From: Sedimentisphaerales bacterium
Lineage (GTDB): Bacteria > Planctomycetota > Phycisphaerae > Sedimentisphaerales > Anaerobacaceae
DNA length: 64,000 nt
Direction: 5' to 3'
Assembly (NCBI GenBank): GCA_963708075.1
Contig: OY970194.1
Coordinates: 7,296,001 to 7,360,000 of the forward strand
Part shown: positions 59,377-64,000 of the stretch, piece after piece
How positions within the stretch are numbered: the stretch's first letter is position 1
Layout of the letters: every line of letters starts with the position of its first letter
Notes under the pieces: model-generated
The model's database searches: none
What the model was told of the DNA's origin: nothing
What the model saw: only the letters and a program-made list of their open reading frames with translations
Translations under genes and position numbers: made by a program

Positions 59377-60882
59377 ATGCATCCACTGCTTATCCTTGCC
59401 ATCGGTGTCTTCTCGATCATCTTCCTGATCGCGGCCCTGCGGCTCAATGCCTTCATTGCCCTGATCGTATCGGCGATCATCGTGAGCCTGTTGGCTCCCG
59501 GCGAGACGGCCGATAAGATCAACCGGGTGGCGGTCGCATTCGGCAGTACGGCCGGCAACATCGGCATCGTCATCGCTCTGGCCGTCATCATCGGCAAGTG
59601 CATGATGGACAGCGGTGCGGCCGACCGGATTGTGCGGGCCTTCCTGTCCGTGCTCGGAGAGAAGCGGTGCTCCTGGGCGCTCATGTCGAGCGGCTTTGTC
59701 CTGGCCATCCCCGTGTTCTTCGACACGGTCTTCTACCTGCTCGTGCCTCTGGCCCGTTCGGCCAATCGGCGAACCGGCACGAAGTCGCTGCGGTTCGTCC
59801 TGGCCATTTGCGTGGGCGGGGTGGCTACGCACTGCCTCGTGCCGCCGACGCCCGGCCCGCTGCTTATGGCCGACCAGCTTGGCATCGATCTCGGCGTGAT
59901 GATTCTCTTCGGCGCGCTCATCGCCGCCCCCTGTTCCCTTGCGGGTATGGCCTTTGCGAGATGGCTCGACCGCCGGACACATATCGAGATGCGGCCCCTG
60001 GCCGATGGGATGACGGAAGCCGAGCCGCTCGCAGATGATCAACTGCCTCCTTTGCTTCCCTCTCTGCTGCCCATCGTGCTGCCCGTTGTGCTGGTTTCGA
60101 TCAATACGATCGTCTCGGCCGCTGCCGAAGCGACGGCAAAGGCACAGGTCGTCGAGGCCGTGGCCGTCTCGGCAGAACCTTCAGCCCTTCAGCAGGCCGC
60201 AGAGGTGATGGCCATTCTCGGCAACGTCAATTTCGCCATGCTCCTGTCCACGGCCATCGCCATTTGGGTCCTCAAGAGCAAGCGCAAGCTGACGAATCTG
60301 CAACTCGCCCAGGTCGTCGAGGGCTCGCTCATGAGCGGCGGCATCATCATCCTGATCACCGCGGCCGGCGGGGCCTTCGGCGCCATGCTCAAAGTGGCCG
60401 AGATCGGCCCGGCTATCGAAGCCCTCTTCAAAGGCAGCGCCGCCGGACAGAGCAGCGGCATCATGTTCCTCGTCATGGGCGCGCTCATCGCCTTTGTCAT
60501 GAAGGTCGCCCAGGGCTCCAGCACCGTAGCGATGATCACGGCCTCAGCTATGATCGCCGCCATGGTTCCCTCAATGGACTCGCTCGGTTATCCGTCTGTC
60601 CTGCTGGCCACCGCCATCGGCGGCGGCGCGTTGATTGGGTCATGGATGAATGACAGCGGTTTCTGGATCTTCGTCAAGATGACCGGCCTGACCGAAGCGG
60701 AGGGTCTTAAAACCTGGCTGCCGACCCTGGCAAGCGTAGGCGTCGCCAGTATAGTCATCTCGTTCATCCTGGCCGTCCTCTGGCAGACGGGCCAGCCCCT
60801 GTGGGCTGCCGTCGGCTTCTGCGTCATCCTTGGCGCGCTGATCCTAGCCTTCTGGACCCATGCTGTGCCCCAAGAGAGCTGA
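59377..60882 (+). CDS. GntP family gluconate/sugar-acid permease
   Basis: LNAFIAL, SGAADRI, IPVFFD, HCLVPPTPGP, AQGSSTVAM and WMNDSGFW. Confidence 0.92.
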   Translation: MHPLLILAIGVFSIIFLIAALRLNAFIALIVSAIIVSLLAPGETADKINRVAVAFGSTAGNIGIVIALAVIIGKCMMDSGAADRIVRAFLSVLGEKRCSWALMSSGFVLAIPVFFDTVFYLLVPLARSANRRTGTKSLRFVLAICVGGVATHCLVPPTPGPLLMADQLGIDLGVMILFGALIAAPCSLAGMAFARWLDRRTHIEMRPLADGMTEAEPLADDQLPPLLPSLLPIVLPVVLVSINTIVSAAAEATAKAQVVEAVAVSAEPSALQQAAEVMAILGNVNFAMLLSTAIAIWVLKSKRKLTNLQLAQVVEGSLMSGGIIILITAAGGAFGAMLKVAEIGPAIEALFKGSAAGQSSGIMFLVMGALIAFVMKVAQGSSTVAMITASAMIAAMVPSMDSLGYPSVLLATAIGGGALIGSWMNDSGFWIFVKMTGLTEAEGLKTWLPTLASVGVASIVISFILAVLWQTGQPLWAAVGFCVILGALILAFWTHAVPQES

Positions 60883-60909
60883 CGCTCGTAGTGACGCCGT
60901 AAGGCGTTT
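60883..60909. repeat. Third copy of the GTAG REP-like palindrome, between convergent genes
   Basis: CGCTCGTAGTGACGCCGTAAGGCGTTT shares an identical 17-nt core with the copies at 51559 and 51736. Confidence 0.75.
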
Positions 60910-60917
60910 TGTCCGTC

Positions 60918-62867
60918 TTACGGTGTCGCCGGGCCGGGGGCGACGTCCATCACCTTGCCGGATTGGGGGATAGTGCCTTCGGCCGGCTCAAGCCTGTCGT
61001 ACCATGTGAGCTTCAGGATCGCGGAGGTCACCACGAACACGGCGGCGCAGATCAACGTCCTGCCGTATTGCTGGATCACGAGGAAGATCGGGCCGGCGAC
61101 CATGGCCAACTCCCAGATGATCCCGACGATCACATTGAACCAATCGCGCCAGAACTCGCGGTTGGGCTGGATGGCAGGGTCCTCGGCCCGGCACTTCTCG
61201 TAGATCGGCCGCCAGAAGCCCCACGGTCGCACCGTGCGGTAGAAACGCATGAGCACGGCATCCTCCTCGGGCCGCGTCAGCAGGCACACGCCGATCGAGG
61301 CGATGGCGCTCAGGACCATGATCGTCGGGAATACGACGTATACCGGGTGCAGGCGGATGGGCTCCATGCCCACCATCGTCATGTAGTCCGGCCTGCCGAT
61401 AAACAGCAGCACCAGGGCCGAGACCGTGCCAGCCACCATGCCGGCGAAGAACCCGTACCCGTTGAACCGCCACCAGTGCCACTTGATCACGTTCGGGATC
61501 ACGAACGCCGGCACGATCACCGAAACGAGCACCTCCGTAATCGAGTGCACGGATTTTGTCACGAAGCCGAAGCCGATCCCCAGGGCGATGATGAGGACGG
61601 AGCAAAGGTAACTCAGCAGGACATAGCGGCGGGGCGAGCCATGCGGATTGATGTATCGTTTGTAAATATCATTCACGATGTAGGCGGCTCCGGAATTGAC
61701 GGTCGAAACGAACGTGCTCATGAACGCGGCGAGCAGACCCGCGAGGATGAGCCCCTTGGCGCCGATGGGCAGGTAGCCGTTCACGACGCTGGGCAGGATC
61801 TGCTCGAAATCGACTTTGCCGCCCGCGCCCATTGCCTGCAGCTCGGGTCCGAAGTAGACGATACCGAGTGTGCCGATGCCGGCGATGAGCAGGAACCGCG
61901 GGGCGAGCGAGGCGATGGCCATCATGAGGTTCTCGAGCGCGGCCTCGCGCGGGCTGCGCGTTGAGAGGACGTGCTGGATGGCGTAGTTGGGGGTTGGCCC
62001 GGCCATGCTGACGAGCACGCCCTTGAGAAAGAGCATCAGGACAAACAGGCCGAAAATCGAGTACCCGTCGCCGCCGGCGCCAACGGGATTGTACAGCTTA
62101 TCGTTGAGCTTCGGGATCAGGCCCGACCAGTCGAGGTCGAGCCGCCAGCCGAAGAACATTTGGTCCCAGCCGGCCGGCACGGCAGCCAGAATCTGCTCTG
62201 ATGAGGTGGTGGTGATGGCGATCACGCCGATGATGATCGCGGCGATCATGATGAGGGCGAACTGGATCATATCATTCATCACAACACTGTACATGCCGCC
62301 GACGACGCAGTAGACGCCGGCGATCAGCATGACTACGATGGCGAAGAAATCGGCGGGCGTCATTCTGCCCGGCAGCGCTGCGGCCGAAATGCCCAGGGAC
62401 TCCAGCGGAATGAACGAGGCTGTGAACTTGCCGATGCCGATGTAGGCCATGCTCAGGAACCCGACGACGCTCACAATGGCGTAGGCGACGATGCTCAGGT
62501 AGGCCATCTCGGAGCCAGTGTTGCGGCCGAAGCGCGTGTACATCCACTCGGCGCCGGTAAGGACGTTGGACCGGCGGACCCAGGCGCCGAGGTACGCCAT
62601 GCGAAAGATCACATTGAACAGCGGCCAGACCCACAGCAGCCAGACGCCCTTGACGCCGTAGACGAACAGCACCATGACGAACCACATCGTGCCGGAGATA
62701 TCGACGCCGCTGGAGCCGTGGGCGATGCCGATCATCCACCAGGGCAGGCTCTTGCCCGCCAGGAAGTACGACTCTGGGTTGCGGGCCGCCTTCTTTGCCA
62801 CGAACCAGCCGACGGCGATCATCAGGAGGAAGTACAGGATGATGATGGTGATGTCTACAGCGTGCAT
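60918..62867 (-). CDS. Sodium:solute symporter family transporter
   Basis: AAGGAG RBS, YFLAGKSLPWW, GGMYSVV.ND, GLLAAFMST, NDIYKR and WWRFNG. Confidence 0.92.
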   Translation of the reverse strand: MHAVDITIIILYFLLMIAVGWFVAKKAARNPESYFLAGKSLPWWMIGIAHGSSGVDISGTMWFVMVLFVYGVKGVWLLWVWPLFNVIFRMAYLGAWVRRSNVLTGAEWMYTRFGRNTGSEMAYLSIVAYAIVSVVGFLSMAYIGIGKFTASFIPLESLGISAAALPGRMTPADFFAIVVMLIAGVYCVVGGMYSVVMNDMIQFALIMIAAIIIGVIAITTTSSEQILAAVPAGWDQMFFGWRLDLDWSGLIPKLNDKLYNPVGAGGDGYSIFGLFVLMLFLKGVLVSMAGPTPNYAIQHVLSTRSPREAALENLMMAIASLAPRFLLIAGIGTLGIVYFGPELQAMGAGGKVDFEQILPSVVNGYLPIGAKGLILAGLLAAFMSTFVSTVNSGAAYIVNDIYKRYINPHGSPRRYVLLSYLCSVLIIALGIGFGFVTKSVHSITEVLVSVIVPAFVIPNVIKWHWWRFNGYGFFAGMVAGTVSALVLLFIGRPDYMTMVGMEPIRLHPVYVVFPTIMVLSAIASIGVCLLTRPEEDAVLMRFYRTVRPWGFWRPIYEKCRAEDPAIQPNREFWRDWFNVIVGIIWELAMVAGPIFLVIQQYGRTLICAAVFVVTSAILKLTWYDRLEPAEGTIPQSGKVMDVAPGPATP

Positions 62868-62889
62868 CGGATTCTCCTTGGAGAACGCA

Positions 62890-62927
62890 ATAGGTCCTAT
62901 CGGTCCTATTCGTCCTATAGGTCCCAT
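62890..62927. repeat. Four tandem 9-bp units (ATAGGTCCT-like) in the GH130-SSS spacer
   Basis: ATAGGTCCT ATCGGTCCT ATTCGTCCT ATAGGTCCC AT. Confidence 0.75.
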
Positions 62928-62940
62928 TCTTCGCCCACGT

Positions 62941-63975
62941 TCACGCCGGGCAACGGAGCAAATGCTGCACCAATTCCTCAAGGTTGCAGGTCGCGACAGC
63001 GCAGTACTTGTCCCCGCCGCCGTAATAGACGAAGAGCGTACCATCGATCACGACGGCGCCGCACGGGAAGCACACGCCGCGATAGAAGCCTTCGATCTCG
63101 TAATCGGTCTCCGGCTGCAGCAGCCAGTCGGGCGTGCGGTGCAGGACGATGCCAGGGTCTTCGAGATCGAGCAGGACCGCGCCGAGGCGATAGTACTTGT
63201 CCGGACCGACCGCGTGGTAGATCGACAGCCAGCCGTACTCGGTCTTGATCGGCGGCGTGTTCACGCCCAGCTTGGCCGTTTCCCACGGGTACTTGTTCGT
63301 GATCAGCAGCTTGCTCTTACGAAAGCCCATCAGGTCGTCGGCGAAGGAGATCCACGCACTGGCGTGCTCCACGCCGTACTCGGGCCCGACCCACTCCAGC
63401 GGCCGGTGCAGCATCACGTATTTGCCCCCGACCTTCTCCGGGAACAGGATCACGTCGCGGTCGTCCAGCAGCGGGTCGGTCAGCCAGCCGGCGCGAATCC
63501 AGGTCTTGAAGTCCCGCGTGAGCAGCAGTCCCGTCAGTGTGGCGTTGATCCGCAGGTAGCGAGGGAAACCGTCGGTGCACTCGGCCGGCGTGATGTATTT
63601 GTCTCGACCCCCGGGCACCCAGAACTGCCCGAACGGGTAATGCCGGCAAGCACAGGTGACGTAGAACCAGCCGTCCATCTTGATCATTCGCGGGTCCTGG
63701 ATCGTCGCCCCATCGAAGCCCTCGACGCTCGGACTGAGCGCCGGCTGATCGGACACCCGCTCGAAGTGGTAGCCATCCTTGCTCTTGGCCAGGCCGAAGT
63801 AGCACTTGTACTCCGCCCCCGACTCCGCCGCCCGATACAGCAGCAGGACCTCTTTCGCTTTCTCATCGTACCACGCCGCCGGGTTGAAGACTGCCAGGTC
63901 CTCCCACGGATGCCCCGGATGCGGCGACAGGATCGGATTGCCCTTGTAACGCTGAAGCTTCATAGGTTTACTCAT
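62941..63975 (-). CDS. Glycoside hydrolase family 130 (beta-mannoside phosphorylase-like)
   Basis: GNPILSP, VFNPAA, LLYRA, QDPR, DVILFPEK, LHRP, WLSIYH, VCFPCG and YYGGGD. Confidence 0.9.
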   Translation of the reverse strand: MSKPMKLQRYKGNPILSPHPGHPWEDLAVFNPAAWYDEKAKEVLLLYRAAESGAEYKCYFGLAKSKDGYHFERVSDQPALSPSVEGFDGATIQDPRMIKMDGWFYVTCACRHYPFGQFWVPGGRDKYITPAECTDGFPRYLRINATLTGLLLTRDFKTWIRAGWLTDPLLDDRDVILFPEKVGGKYVMLHRPLEWVGPEYGVEHASAWISFADDLMGFRKSKLLITNKYPWETAKLGVNTPPIKTEYGWLSIYHAVGPDKYYRLGAVLLDLEDPGIVLHRTPDWLLQPETDYEIEGFYRGVCFPCGAVVIDGTLFVYYGGGDKYCAVATCNLEELVQHLLRCPA

Positions 63976-64000
63976 CCAAGAACCACGGGCTGTACACGAG

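Noticed and set aside
62868..63044. N-terminal extension of the SSS ORF containing GPIGRIGPIGPI (collagen-like)
   Set aside because: It is the translation of the intergenic 9-bp repeat. The real start with an AAGGAG RBS is at 62867.

Overview
This is a GC-rich bacterial window, probably from Planctomycetota (Phycisphaerae/Sedimentisphaerales-like). That assignment is an inference from the secreted 'TYYWRVDE...WSFTT'/PA14 and lamin-tail/CotH protein architectures. (1) 2.1-29.5 kb: a Wzx/Wzy-dependent capsule or glycan locus. It has a small Pro/Trp-repeat secreted protein at its head, wza-wzc-PHP phosphatase, an O-antigen-ligase+TPR protein and two initiating phosphoglycosyl transferases. It also has WbpB, AsnB, FnlABC, two GT4s, GNAT/FemAB-like acylators, a DegT aminotransferase and a 4,6-dehydratase. 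(2) 30.2-34.9 kb: a 1560-aa double beta-helix secreted protein. (3) 35-47 kb: a phosphate/Mg island with an atypical guanylate-kinase-like gene, mgtA, pstSCABB-phoU, a divergent DUF47-pit pair and a porin. Two four-unit, 11-bp-period Pho-box-like arrays lie upstream of pstS and the porin. (4) 47-64 kb: a lamin-tail/CotH kinase, a REP-like palindrome cluster, a cold-shock protein, an orphan PAS histidine kinase, a ceramidase-like hydrolase, an S8 protease, a GntP permease, an SSS transporter and a GH130. Six apparent frameshifts break five genes. Three are the identical event GAGACC>GAGAACC and a fourth lies next to a GAGACC, which suggests base-calling errors at a methylated motif rather than real pseudogenes. 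No rRNA, tRNA, CRISPR array or transposase was seen.
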